Source of the DNA: an uncultured delta proteobacterium
GTDB lineage: Bacteria; Myxococcota; Myxococcia; Myxococcales; Anaeromyxobacteraceae
Length of the DNA stretch: 11,205 nucleotides
Direction of reading: 5' to 3'
NCBI GenBank assembly: GCA_963845515.1
Contig: CAWJSR010000048.1
Location: 1-11,205 of the forward strand
Both the position numbers and the translations under genes were made by a program. The notes under the pieces were generated by a model. It searched no databases. It had not been told where the DNA came from and saw only the letters and a program-made list of their open reading frames with translations. Positions 1-7,822 of this stretch are shown piece by piece (within the stretch, counting starts at the first letter, position 1; each line of letters begins with the position of its first letter).

Positions 1-309
1 GGGTTCGCCGCAGATCAGATCGATGGACTGGTAACAGTGGCCGACGTCCTGATCGGTGCCGTGGAGAAGAAGAAGGGGCAGTGGACTCGCGCCGATGAGA
101 TGCGCGTCGCGAACATCCTGCGCCGCGCCGGTTATCAGCGCCGCTCGCTCCACAAGAAGCGAGTCTGGATTCCCCGGGCAGGGCTCGCGGCAACCGCGGC
201 AACCTCCTCCCATAGGACCCTTGCCGAAGAGAAGACCGCTGGGGCTGCCGATTCCACCAACTTGGATGCCGCGGTTGCCGCGCCGGAGCTGGAGGTATCG
301 ACGCCGTGA
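1..309 (+). CDS. 3' end (partial) of a VapE/virulence-associated E-like primase-helicase of an integrated element
   Basis: Frame +1 is open from base 1 to TGA at 307-309: GFAADQIDGLVTVADVLIGAVEKKKGQWTRADEMRVANILRRAGYQRR...RVW. The 'T(V)xDVL...W...D.MRV..IL.R.G..R' pattern recalls the C-terminal winged-helix-like tail of VapE-family proteins. The stop overlaps the next start (GTGA). The ATPase core lies outside the window. Confidence 0.6.
   Translation, partial: GFAADQIDGLVTVADVLIGAVEKKKGQWTRADEMRVANILRRAGYQRRSLHKKRVWIPRAGLAATAATSSHRTLAEEKTAGAADSTNLDAAVAAPELEVSTP
186..282. repeat. 19-bp inverted repeat whose arms each contain two 9-bp units (GCGGCAACC); candidate replication-origin iterons
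   Basis: 186-204 is CGCGGCAACCGCGGCAACC. 264-282 is GGATGCCGCGGTTGCCGCG, whose reverse complement CGCGGCAACCGCGGCATCC matches at 18/19. The spacer is 59 bp. Confidence 0.7.
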
Positions 310-683
310 GCTTCGACGCCGCCATCCGCGACCTCCTTCGCGACCTCGTCAAGACCGAGGTGCTCCCCGCGGTGCGCGAGGAGTTGAGAGCGGCGCTCGG
401 CGGGAGTGTGCGGGCGGATTAGGCAGCGGAATACCTCACGGTGGCCGACGCGGCAGAAATCGCGAGCGTGGACGATGAAACGGCCCGCAAGTGGGTTAAG
501 TCAGGAGCTCTTCCGGCGCGACTCCTGCCGGACGGGCGACAGTACCGGATCCGGCGCTCCGATCTCGACGCGCTCCTGTCGCCAGGTGGAGCCGCCAACT
601 TGCGCGCCCCCGCCCCCGCCGAGGAGGCCGTTCGGGTCATGTCCATCGACCAGGCTAGGATGAAGAAGAACGGAGGACGGTGA
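306..683 (+). pseudogene. xis: Excisionase / MerR-like HTH (HTH_17) recombination directionality factor with an in-frame TAG at 420-422
   Basis: GTG 306 overlaps the upstream stop, with GGAGG at 291-295. Translation: MSFDAAIRDLLRDLVKTEVLPAVREELRAALGGSVRAD*AAEYLTVADAAEIASVDDETARKWVKSGALPARLLPDGRQYRIRRSDLDALL. This has the typical excisionase signature YLTVxEAA...T.R.W...G.LPA......YRI.R.DL. Its stop overlaps the integrase start. Confidence 0.8.
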
Positions 684-1990
684 TGGGCTCGGTCTACGCG
701 CGCGGGAACAAACTCTGGATCGCCTACGCAGGAAGGGACGGTCGCCGGATTGCTGTTTCCACCTCCTACGCGGTCGGGCAGGAGGCGCAGGCCCGCAAGA
801 CGCTCGCCGTCATCGAGGAGAAGCTCGCCGCGGGCGAGCAGTTCGAGGCGGACGATGGGCGCGTCACCGTCGCCTCCTACTTCAAGAAACGGCTCGTCAG
901 CCGGAAGGCCACGCTCTCGACTTGGCGCAACGAGGAGTCCCGCTTCCGGCTCTACGTGGCGCCCCGCGTTGGCTCCATGGCGATGGACGAGGTTCGCCCT
1001 CGTCACGTGCACGACCTCGTGAAGCAGCTGCGCTCCCAGGGCATGGCCCCCCGCACTCTGCGGAACACCTACTCGATCCTCCGCGCGCTCTTCAGGGACG
1101 CGCAGATCGAGGGGCTGGTCGAGTTGAACCCATGCGTCCTGACGGTCCACCACCTCGGGAAGGTGGTGGACGCGGATCCCGACTGGCGGCGCGACGCAGT
1201 CTTCACGCGCGGGGAGGCGGAGACGATCCTCTCCGACGAGGGCATTCCGCAGGATCGGCGGGTCTTCTACGGCTTCATGTTCCTCGGCGGGCTCCGCTTC
1301 GGAGAGATCGCGGCGCTCCGCTGGAGGGACCTCGACGGCGCCGCCGAGCTGCTGGGTCGGATCCACGTGACCAAGTCGATCCACTCGGTCGAGAAGCGCG
1401 AGAAGAGCACCAAGACCGGGCGCACGCGGGAGGTGCCGGTCCACCCCGTCTTGGCGATGCTGCTGGCCGAGTGGAAACTGACGGGGTGGCCGCTGCTGTT
1501 CCGGCGGAGCCCCGGTCCCGACGACCTCGTGGCCCCTTCGCGCCTCGGAAAGCCCCGGTCGGTCAGCCACATGCTCAAGAAGTTCCACGAGGACCTGACG
1601 CGACTGGAACTGCGCGAGCGCCGCCAGCACGATGCCCGGCGGACCTTTATCAGCCTCGCTCGGGCGGACGGCGCCCGACCCGACATCCTGAGGTGGGTCA
1701 CCCACGGGCCATCGGGCTCCGTGATGGACGACTACACGACGCTGCCGTGGGAGACCCTCTGCGGCGCCGTGGCCTGCCTCAAGATCGGCCTGCTGGAGGG
1801 GAGGGTGGTGCCGCTCAAGGCCGCCGTGGGGGCCCCGGAAGCCCGCGAAACGAGGGACGTTGACTCGCGGTCTACTACAGTCCTGCTACAGACGCAGCGC
1901 GCCAAAAACGAAACCCCCGCAACCAGGGCTGGTTGCGGGGGTCCGAAGTGGCGGGGTGTAGGGGACTCGAACCCCTGGCCTCCAGCGTGA
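683..1990 (+). CDS. int: Tyrosine recombinase / phage integrase; the C-terminus is encoded by the antisense of tRNA-Asp
   Basis: ATG 683 (TGATG overlap, GGAGGA at 672-677; alternative GTG 680). Catalytic motifs: GLRFGE (Arg), KT (Lys), HDARRTF (HxxR), VTH, DDYT (Tyr). N-terminal arm-binding-like and core-binding regions are present. The gene abuts a tRNA 3' end. Confidence 0.95.
   Translation: MGSVYARGNKLWIAYAGRDGRRIAVSTSYAVGQEAQARKTLAVIEEKLAAGEQFEADDGRVTVASYFKKRLVSRKATLSTWRNEESRFRLYVAPRVGSMAMDEVRPRHVHDLVKQLRSQGMAPRTLRNTYSILRALFRDAQIEGLVELNPCVLTVHHLGKVVDADPDWRRDAVFTRGEAETILSDEGIPQDRRVFYGFMFLGGLRFGEIAALRWRDLDGAAELLGRIHVTKSIHSVEKREKSTKTGRTREVPVHPVLAMLLAEWKLTGWPLLFRRSPGPDDLVAPSRLGKPRSVSHMLKKFHEDLTRLELRERRQHDARRTFISLARADGARPDILRWVTHGPSGSVMDDYTTLPWETLCGAVACLKIGLLEGRVVPLKAAVGAPEARETRDVDSRSTTVLLQTQRAKNETPATRAGCGGPKWRGVGDSNPWPPA
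1872..1893 (+). repeat. Tandem imperfect 11-bp direct repeat; candidate integrase arm-type binding sites
   Basis: CTACTACAGTC (1872-1882) and CTGCTACAGAC (1883-1893) match at 9/11 and lie about 55 bp from the tRNA CCA end. Confidence 0.5.
1903..1942 (-). terminator. Rho-independent terminator for the tRNA-Val/tRNA-Asp transcript, lying inside the int coding sequence
   Basis: Perfect inverted repeat ACCCCCGCAACCAG (1913-1926) / CTGGTTGCGGGGGT (1929-1942). On the minus strand it is followed by TTCGTTTTTG and starts 6 nt after the tRNA-Asp CCA. Confidence 0.85.
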
Positions 1991-2025
1991 CAGGCTGGCG
2001 TTATAACCGACTTAACTAACACCCC
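1949..2025 (-). tRNA. trnD: tRNA-Asp (GTC)
   Basis: Reverse complement GGGGTGT TA GTTAAGTCGGTTATAAC G CCAGC CTGTCAC GCTGG AGGCC AGGGG TTCGAGT CCCCT ACACCCC G CCA forms a full cloverleaf with anticodon GTC and encoded CCA; 77 nt. Confidence 0.97.
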
Positions 2026-2033
2026 AAGCTATG

Positions 2034-2108
2034 TGGTGGGCGGAACAGGTTTCGAACCTGTGACCCTCGCCTTGTAAGGGCGACGCTCTACCGCTGAGCT
2101 ATCCGCCC
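2034..2108 (-). tRNA. trnV: tRNA-Val (TAC)
   Basis: Reverse complement GGGCGGATAGCTCAGCGGTAGAGCGTCGCCCTTACAAGGCGAGGGTCACAGGTTCGAAACCTGTTCCGCCCACCA forms a cloverleaf with anticodon TAC and encoded CCA; 75 nt. Confidence 0.97.
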
Positions 2109-2130
2109 GGAAGACGATGAAGCGTTGCGC

Positions 2131-2159
2131 TTTCTAGCTTGGCCGGTGAGGCGTGTCAA
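2131..2159 (-). promoter_or_regulatory. Sigma70-type promoter of the tRNA operon
   Basis: Minus strand reads TTGACA (2159-2154), a 17-bp spacer, TAGAAA (2136-2131) and then a GC-rich GCGC discriminator, 22 nt upstream of tRNA-Val. Confidence 0.75.
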
Positions 2160-2247
2160 CGGGCCCCGCCCCCGTCCGGGCACCCCCCACGGCGTTCATC
2201 ACTGTATATGGATGGGAACGCCGCCCGGTGATAGACGGGCCCCCCCA

Positions 2248-4904
2248 ATGAGCATCCAGGTCGGCAGCAAGGTTGTCCACCGAGCCCAGCGCGGGTGGGG
2301 TGTGGGAGTGGTCGTCCAGGTGGCCGACGATGGCCGCAGGCTCGTCGTCCGGTTCGCCGGCAGGGACGGCCCAACGGTGGTCTCCGGACGCGACCCGGCG
2401 GTCGTGGAGGTCCCACAGGAGACCCCCATCGACGAGGTCGGACCGGCCAGCCCCCTCCAGGCGCTCGCCGCCGGCACGCCGGGCTCCGCGCACGCCTTCG
2501 CCCTCCGCACCCGCGTCCTCAGGCTGGAGGCGCTACGCCGCGCCGACTCGCTCGGCGCGCTCCTCTCCTCGCGGGTCCACGTGCTCCCGCACCAGGTGGG
2601 CGCCGCCGGCCGGATCCTGGCCGACCGGGTCCCCCGCTTCGTCCTCGCCGACGAGGTCGGGCTCGGCAAGACTGTCGAGGCGGGGCTCGTCTTCGCCGGC
2701 ATGCGCCAGCTCGGGATCGCCGAGCGCGTGCTGGTCGTCGTCCCCGAGCACCTCTCCTTCCAGTGGCTCGCCGAGCTCTTCCACAAGTTCAACGCCCTCT
2801 TCACGCTCCTGACCCGGGAGCGGATCGCCGAGCTGGGCGGGGCCGAGGCGGCGCTCGCGAGCCCGCTCGCCATCGTCTCGCACGAGCTCCTGGTCGATGA
2901 CCCGGACCTCGCCCTCCTCGCCGCGAAGGTCCCGTGGGACCTCGTGATCGTCGACGAGGCGCACCACCTCGCCGGCGACCCGCTGCACGACGCGGTCGCC
3001 CCGATCGGCCGGGCCTCCTTCGGCCTCCTCCTCCTGACCGCCACCCCGGTCCGGCTCGATCCGAAGGAGTACTTCCGGCTCCTCGCGATGGTCGAGTCCG
3101 TCCCGTCCTCCTCGCTGCAGGAGTTCCTGGAGCGCGTGGAGCAGCACGAGGCCTACGCCGAGATCGCCCGCGCCCTCCTCGCCGGCGGGAAGCCGGACGC
3201 CGCGCTCGCGAAGCTCCGCGAGCTCTCCCCGGACGACGAGTTCTTCGAGGCGGACCGCGACGGCGAGGAGCTGCTCGGCTGGCTCTCCGACCGGTACAGC
3301 CTCTCTGGCCGGCTCATCCGCAACAGGCGCGTGAAGGTCGGCGCCTTCACCGCCCGCGTCCTGCGTCGCCGCGACGTGGGGGAGGGGGAGAAGGCGCGGG
3401 CCCTCGCGGAGGGCTGCGCCGCCCTCGCGCGCAAGGGGGACAAGGTCCTCGTCTTCGGCTCCTCCGTCGAGGCCCTCCGCGAGCTGCAGGTGGGCATCGC
3501 GGGGGAAGGGCTGGAGGCGCTGCTCTACGACGACGCCCCCTCCCTGGAGGCGCGCGACCGGCTGGTGGCCCGCTTCCGCGATCCGGAGGGGCCGATGATC
3601 CTCCTCTCCGGCGAGTCTGGCGGCGAGGGGCGCAACTTCCAGTTCGCGCACCACCTCTGCTGCGCCGACCTCCCGGAGTCGCCGCTCGTCCTGGAGCAGC
3701 GGATCGGCCGGCTCGACCGGCTCGGCCAGCAGCACCCCGTGGAGATCCACGTCTTCGCGGAGCCCGGCGAGGAGGCGTTCCTCGCCGACCTCTACGAGAA
3801 GGAGATCGGGATCTTCGACGAGCCCGTCGGCGGCCTCGACTCGGTCCTCGCCTCGCTCCCCGAGGAGCTGGCCTCGCTGCGGCGCAAGCGGACGGAGCGG
3901 ACCCGCGAGGCGTTCCGCAAGGAGCTGGCGGCGCGCGTCTCCGAGGCCCGCCGCGCGCAGCACGAGGGGGACCCGCTCCTCGACATCCGCTCCGCCTCGC
4001 TCGCGCAGCTCGGGCGGCTCGTCGCCACCGGCTTCGAGAAGCTGGGGGAGGAGGCGCCGGAGGAGCTGACGGAGGCGCTCGTCTCGCTCTCCTCGTTCCT
4101 GGAGGAGGAGCTGGAGGAGGCGGTGGCGGACGTCGGGCGGCGCGTCGGCATGGACGTCGACACCGATCAGAACGTCCACCCGTTCGAGGTCGCCTTCACG
4201 TTCGGCACCGGGATGAAGATCGAGGCGCTCCCCGGGATGGTCCTCCCCGAGGAGCCGGAGACCTGGCTCGGGAGCTTCTGGCGCGAGACCGCCGTCGCGC
4301 GCGACGAGCTGCATTGGTTCGCCACCGGCCACCGGCTGGTCGAGGCGCTCCTCGGGCTCGTCCGGGACGGCGAGGCGGGCCGGACCGCTGCGCTGAAGGC
4401 GCCGTGGGCGCCCGGCGCGGAGGGCTCTTCGTCCGCTACGAGCCGCGGCTCGCCACCTCGGCCGACACGACGCCGGGCGCGCGCGTCGCCTCGCGCCAGG
4501 CGTCGCGCTACCTCGACCTGTCGCCGGTGTCGGTGGCGGTCGACCTCGACGCGGGCCACAAGCTGCTCGCCCGCGGCGGGCAGAGGGTGGAGACGGCGGC
4601 CGAGGACATGGGCGACGCCCGCATCGGCCCGGCTCCCGCGGCGCTGCTCCAGGCAGCCGAGGAGGCTGCGCGGCACGAGGCGGAGGCGCAGCTCGCCCGG
4701 CGCAAGAAGGCGGCCATCGAGCGGCTCGGCGAGCAGGCCGAGGCCGAGGAGGAGCGGCTCGCCGTCTCCTGGGCGACCGGCGCGGCGAAGAAGAAGGCGG
4801 TCGAGGCCGCGATCGGCGCCGTCCACCAGCACCGCGAGGTGACGGCGAGGGCCATCGAGCGGGCGAAGCTGGAGCTCGACTCGGCGGCGCTGCTGCTGCC
4901 GTAG
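2248..4904 (+). CDS. rapA: RapA/HepA-like SNF2-family ATPase (about 885 aa), with one apparent 1-nt deletion near 4411-4414
   Basis: Motifs: LPHQ, LADEVGLGKT (Walker A), DEAHH, LLLTATP, EGRNFQFA, LEQRIGRLDRLGQ, and an SH3/Tudor-like N-terminus from ATG 2248. The frame degrades after ALKAPWA. The frame ending at TAG 4904 continues with good codon usage (RRGGLFVRYEP...LELDSAALLLP). Adding one C to the CCC run at 4411-4413 joins the two frames. Confidence 0.85.
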
Positions 4905-4974
4905 GAGGATTCCAGGCGCTATCGCCGGCCCCTTCCGTGCGGCGCAGGGCGCCTTGGTCTAGGCTGGACGCACC

Positions 4975-6090
4975 ATGGATCTCGTCGAGACCCTCAAGGC
5001 GCTCGTCGCCGTCGACTCAACGTCGACGCGCTCGAACGGGCCGATCATCGACCTCCTCGAGAAGGAGGCGAAGGCGCTCGGCTTCGAGACCCGCCGGATG
5101 AAGTGGAAGGACGAGGCGCGCGTCGACAAGTTCAACCTCGTCTGCCGGCGGGGCCCCGACCAGCCCGGCGGCCTCGCGCTCGTCGGCCACACCGACTGCG
5201 TCCCCTTCGACGCCGAATGGAAGGACGCGCTCGGCGCCGTCGAGACGGAGGGCCGGATCTACGGGCGCGGCGCCGCCGACAACAAGGGGTTCGTGGCCTC
5301 CGCGCTGGCCGCTGCCGCGCGCACCCAGGCCGGCGCGCACCCGCTCACCATCCTCTTCACCGCCGACGAGGAGGTGGGCTGCCTCGGCGCCAAGCAGATC
5401 GTGGCGGAGGGGCGGATCCACCCGCGCCACGCGATCGTCGGGGAGCCGACCAGCCTCGTCCCCATCCGCGCCCACAAGGGCTACTGCGCCGTCGAGGTGC
5501 AGGTCCACGGCTTGGAGGGGCACAGCGCCTACCCCGACGTCGGCGCCTCGGCCATCCACGCGGTCGGCAAGCTCTTCGTGGACCTCGAGAAGATCGGCGA
5601 GATGCTGAAGGAGGAGAAGGACCGGAGCTTCAGCCCGCAGTGGACCACCTGGAACGTCGGCGTCATCGGCGGTGGGAAGGCCCGCAACATCATCGCGGGC
5701 GAGTGCCGCTTCAGCTACGAGTGGCGGCCGCTCCCCGGGCAGGACCCGCGCAAGGCGCTCCGGCTCCTGGAGGACGCGGCGCGACGGCTGGTGGAGGCGA
5801 ACGCCGGCAAGATCAACGTCTCGATCGCCCCGCTCCGGACCGACGCGGCCGCCGTGACCCACCCGGAGGCCGAGATCGTGCGGTTCCTCGAGGAGCACAG
5901 CGGCCACAAGTCCAAGACCGTGCCGTTCGGGACGGAGCTTCCTGAGGTCGTGGGGATGGGGGCCGAGGCCTGCGTCTTCGGCCCCGGCGACATCAAGCAG
6001 GCCCACCGGACCGGCGAGTTCGTGGAGATCGCCGAGCTGGAGAAGGCGGCGGCGGTGCTGGAGAAGGCGATCCTGAAGTTCTGCGGGTAG
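4975..6090 (+). CDS. argE: Acetylornithine deacetylase (M20/ArgE family)
   Basis: 371 aa with M20 metal-binding motifs GHTDCVP, YGRGAADNKG, ADEEVGCLG, GEPT, GHSA, FGTE and GPGDIKQAH. Confidence 0.92.
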   Translation: MDLVETLKALVAVDSTSTRSNGPIIDLLEKEAKALGFETRRMKWKDEARVDKFNLVCRRGPDQPGGLALVGHTDCVPFDAEWKDALGAVETEGRIYGRGAADNKGFVASALAAAARTQAGAHPLTILFTADEEVGCLGAKQIVAEGRIHPRHAIVGEPTSLVPIRAHKGYCAVEVQVHGLEGHSAYPDVGASAIHAVGKLFVDLEKIGEMLKEEKDRSFSPQWTTWNVGVIGGGKARNIIAGECRFSYEWRPLPGQDPRKALRLLEDAARRLVEANAGKINVSIAPLRTDAAAVTHPEAEIVRFLEEHSGHKSKTVPFGTELPEVVGMGAEACVFGPGDIKQAHRTGEFVEIAELEKAAAVLEKAILKFCG

Positions 6091-6119
6091 CGCCCAGATC
6101 GGCTCGCTCCCCGCACCCG

Positions 6120-6590
6120 TCACGGGGGGAGCACCGCCAGCTCCGTCGTGATCGCGATCGCCGCGCGGAGGCTGCGATAGAGCGGGCAGGCCTCTGCGAA
6201 GAAGCCGTGGACGCGCTCGGCGGTCTCGCGCTGCGCCGGCGCGCAGCGCAGCTCGAGCCGGACGTGGATCCGCTTGAGCACGAGCGTCTTCCCCTCCAGC
6301 TCCACCTCGCCGGTCGCCCTGGCGACCAGCCGATCCTTCGACGCGGGAACCTGGCGCGCCTCCAGCGCGCCTCCGAAGGTCCCGGCCAGTCAACCGGCCG
6401 TCGCCGCCACCACGTAGTCGATCGTCGCAGCGTGGGGATCGTAGGTGCCCGGCGCGCGCCCGTAGTGCTCGGCGATCCCGCCGTGGACGCCGAACCAGAC
6501 TGGCTCCCGCTCGCCGGGGAGGGTCGCGCGGCGGAGCCCTCCCTCGAGCCGCTCGACTGTGACGTCGGACCTGTAGACCACGTCGCTCAT
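6120..6590 (-). CDS. OsmC/Ohr-family peroxiredoxin-like protein; probable selenoprotein (Sec67, 156 aa)
   Basis: ATG 6590 with AGGAGG at 6600-6595. ORFs 6390..6647 and 6120..6305 are one frame split by TGA 6392-6390: DYVVAATAG-U-LAGTFGGALEAR...EACPLYRSL. The TGA occupies the first conserved OsmC Cys position, and the second Cys (CP, C135) is intact. Confidence 0.88.
6344..6384 (-). promoter_or_regulatory. Candidate bacterial SECIS hairpin immediately 3' of the UGA
   Basis: mRNA reads UGA CUGGC CGGGACCU UCGGA GGCGCGC UGGAG GCGCGCC AGGUUCCCG. This gives a 7-bp upper stem, a small apical loop with G at position 2, a lower stem CGGGACCU/AGGUUCCCG, and a loop 25 nt after the UGA. Folded by eye. 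Confidence 0.7.
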
Positions 6591-6646
6591 GACGCCTCCT
6601 GCGTCCCGCGCCGCCTGCCGAGGGCGCCGTCGTGCCGCGCACGTCA

Positions 6647-6676
6647 AACGTACCGGCGGACAGGCGGGACCTCCAA
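6647..6676 (-). promoter_or_regulatory. Possible sigma70-type promoter for the OsmC-like gene
   Basis: Minus strand TTGGAG, 18-bp spacer, TACGTT, about 57 nt upstream of the ATG. Weak match to consensus. Confidence 0.3.
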
Positions 6677-6828
6677 GCCTTCACGGGGCGTCGTCGTCGC
6701 GGTCGACCCCACCTCACGCGCGCTTTCCCCACCGCCCCGCGCGGGGCTCCCGTGGGGGTCGCCTCCGACTCCTCCGGAAGATCCGCGTCGGCCGCGGAGC
6801 GGAGCCGTAGGGAGCCGCTCACCGACAG

Positions 6829-7822
6829 TCAGAACGGCGCCACCTCAGCCGGCAGCGTCGCGCACCCGTCGAGCGAGCCGACCGTGTACGGCGACGTCGG
6901 CGTGAGGCCGTTGAAGTTGGCGGGGTCGTACACGTAGACGAGGCAGCCGCTCGCGTCCCAACACTGGTCGAAGGTCCCGGTCGCGCCGTCGGAGAAGCGC
7001 GTAAACGTGACGCGCAGCCGGCCAGCCCCCACAGGGTCGAAGCCGGTCCGGACCCCGAGGACGTCCTTCGCGCCGTTGGTGAACTGGTAATCGAAGGCGC
7101 CGACGCCGCTCGCCCAGCCGGAGTAGAGGTATCCGAAGGCGACGACGCCGAAGCCCGCCCTCCGGCGCCGCCAGGAGGTTCAGGTCGGTCGTCACGGGAT
7201 CGGAGGAGCGGGAGTAGCCGATGGTCATCGAGCCGTGGGGCGTGTCCGGGTTCGCGACGCCGACCTTCCAGAAGGCCTCGAAGTCGAGCGTCACGTCGCC
7301 GTCGCCGCGCGACGCCGACGCACCATGGAAGTTGCCGACGATGAGGGCGTGAAGGCAGCGGTCCCCCCACGCGCCCCTCGAAGCGGTACGCGTACCGGCG
7401 GCCTGCCGTCGACCCCGGCCGGCCAGGTGCGGTCGATCACGACCTGGATCTCGTGTCCGGGGTGTTGTCGTCGTCGAAGGGGCCCCAGCGGCGCGAGTCC
7501 TCGTGCGCGGGCGGTGGGCGGGTACTTGCGGACGTTGTCGATGAGCCCGACGACCAGGGCGACGCCGGAGTTGAGGCCGTCCGAAGTGCGCTTCGCCGTC
7601 CTGCCAGATGGTGGCGTCGCCCGGGGCCGCGCAGGAGGAGAGCGCGGCGAGCCCAGTCAGGGCGCCGGTCGCCGGCGCGGCCGTCGCGGGGACCGCGACG
7701 CGCAGGTCCTCCCGCTGCGGCAGCGCCGCGAGGAAGCGCAGGTCCTCCGTCGAGTAGTTCCCGCAGCCCGCGGCGAGCGCGGCGACGGCTGCCGTGGCGG
7801 CCCACCTATTCACCGAACGCAT
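6829..7822 (-). CDS. Myxobacterial-type lipoprotein of unknown function, broken by multiple single-base indels
   Basis: Signal peptide II with lipobox LAAG-C20 (MRSVNRWAATAAVAALAAGC). Coherent segments switch frame: AKRTSDGLNSGVALVVGLIDNVRKYPP / HEDSRRWGPFDD / HPGHEIQVVIDRTWP / RYAYRFEGRV / LIVGNFHG...TTDLNLL / GFGVVAFGYLYSGW...QCWDASGC...APF*. The start overlaps the caspase gene end by 17 nt. Confidence 0.75.

Larger units (their letters stand above)
1..1990 (+). mobile_element. One end of a prophage, satellite or integrative element inserted at the 3' end of tRNA-Asp
   Basis: Translationally coupled VapE-like, xis and int genes end at a tRNA gene. The exact att boundary cannot be fixed without the duplicated tRNA 3' fragment at the other end, which is outside the window. 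Confidence 0.85.

Noticed and set aside
419..1705. 428-aa minus-strand ORF opposite the integrase
   Set aside because: Antisense shadow of a high-GC3 gene with no recognisable motifs.
1732..2022. 96-aa minus-strand ORF over the tRNA-Asp and int tail
   Set aside because: It is a translation of the tRNA gene and terminator, with no RBS or coding signal.
2201..2218. ACTGTATATG resembling an E. coli LexA half-site
   Set aside because: There is no matching CAG half at the right spacing, and it does not fit the myxobacterial LexA box as I recall it.
2125..2247. N-terminal extension of the SNF2 ORF from TTG 2125
   Set aside because: It overlaps the divergent tRNA promoter and is low-complexity. 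The folded-looking sequence begins at ATG 2248.
2533..4332. 599-aa minus-strand ORF, and similar long ORFs at 5017..6822 and 7794..9743
   Set aside because: They lie opposite well-supported genes (RapA-like, argE, caspase). Long stop-free antisense frames are expected at this GC content.
6390..6392. Reading the OsmC-like gene as a nonsense pseudogene or as two small genes
   Set aside because: The stop is specifically TGA at the catalytic Cys column, with a downstream hairpin and an intact remainder. Selenocysteine explains this better.
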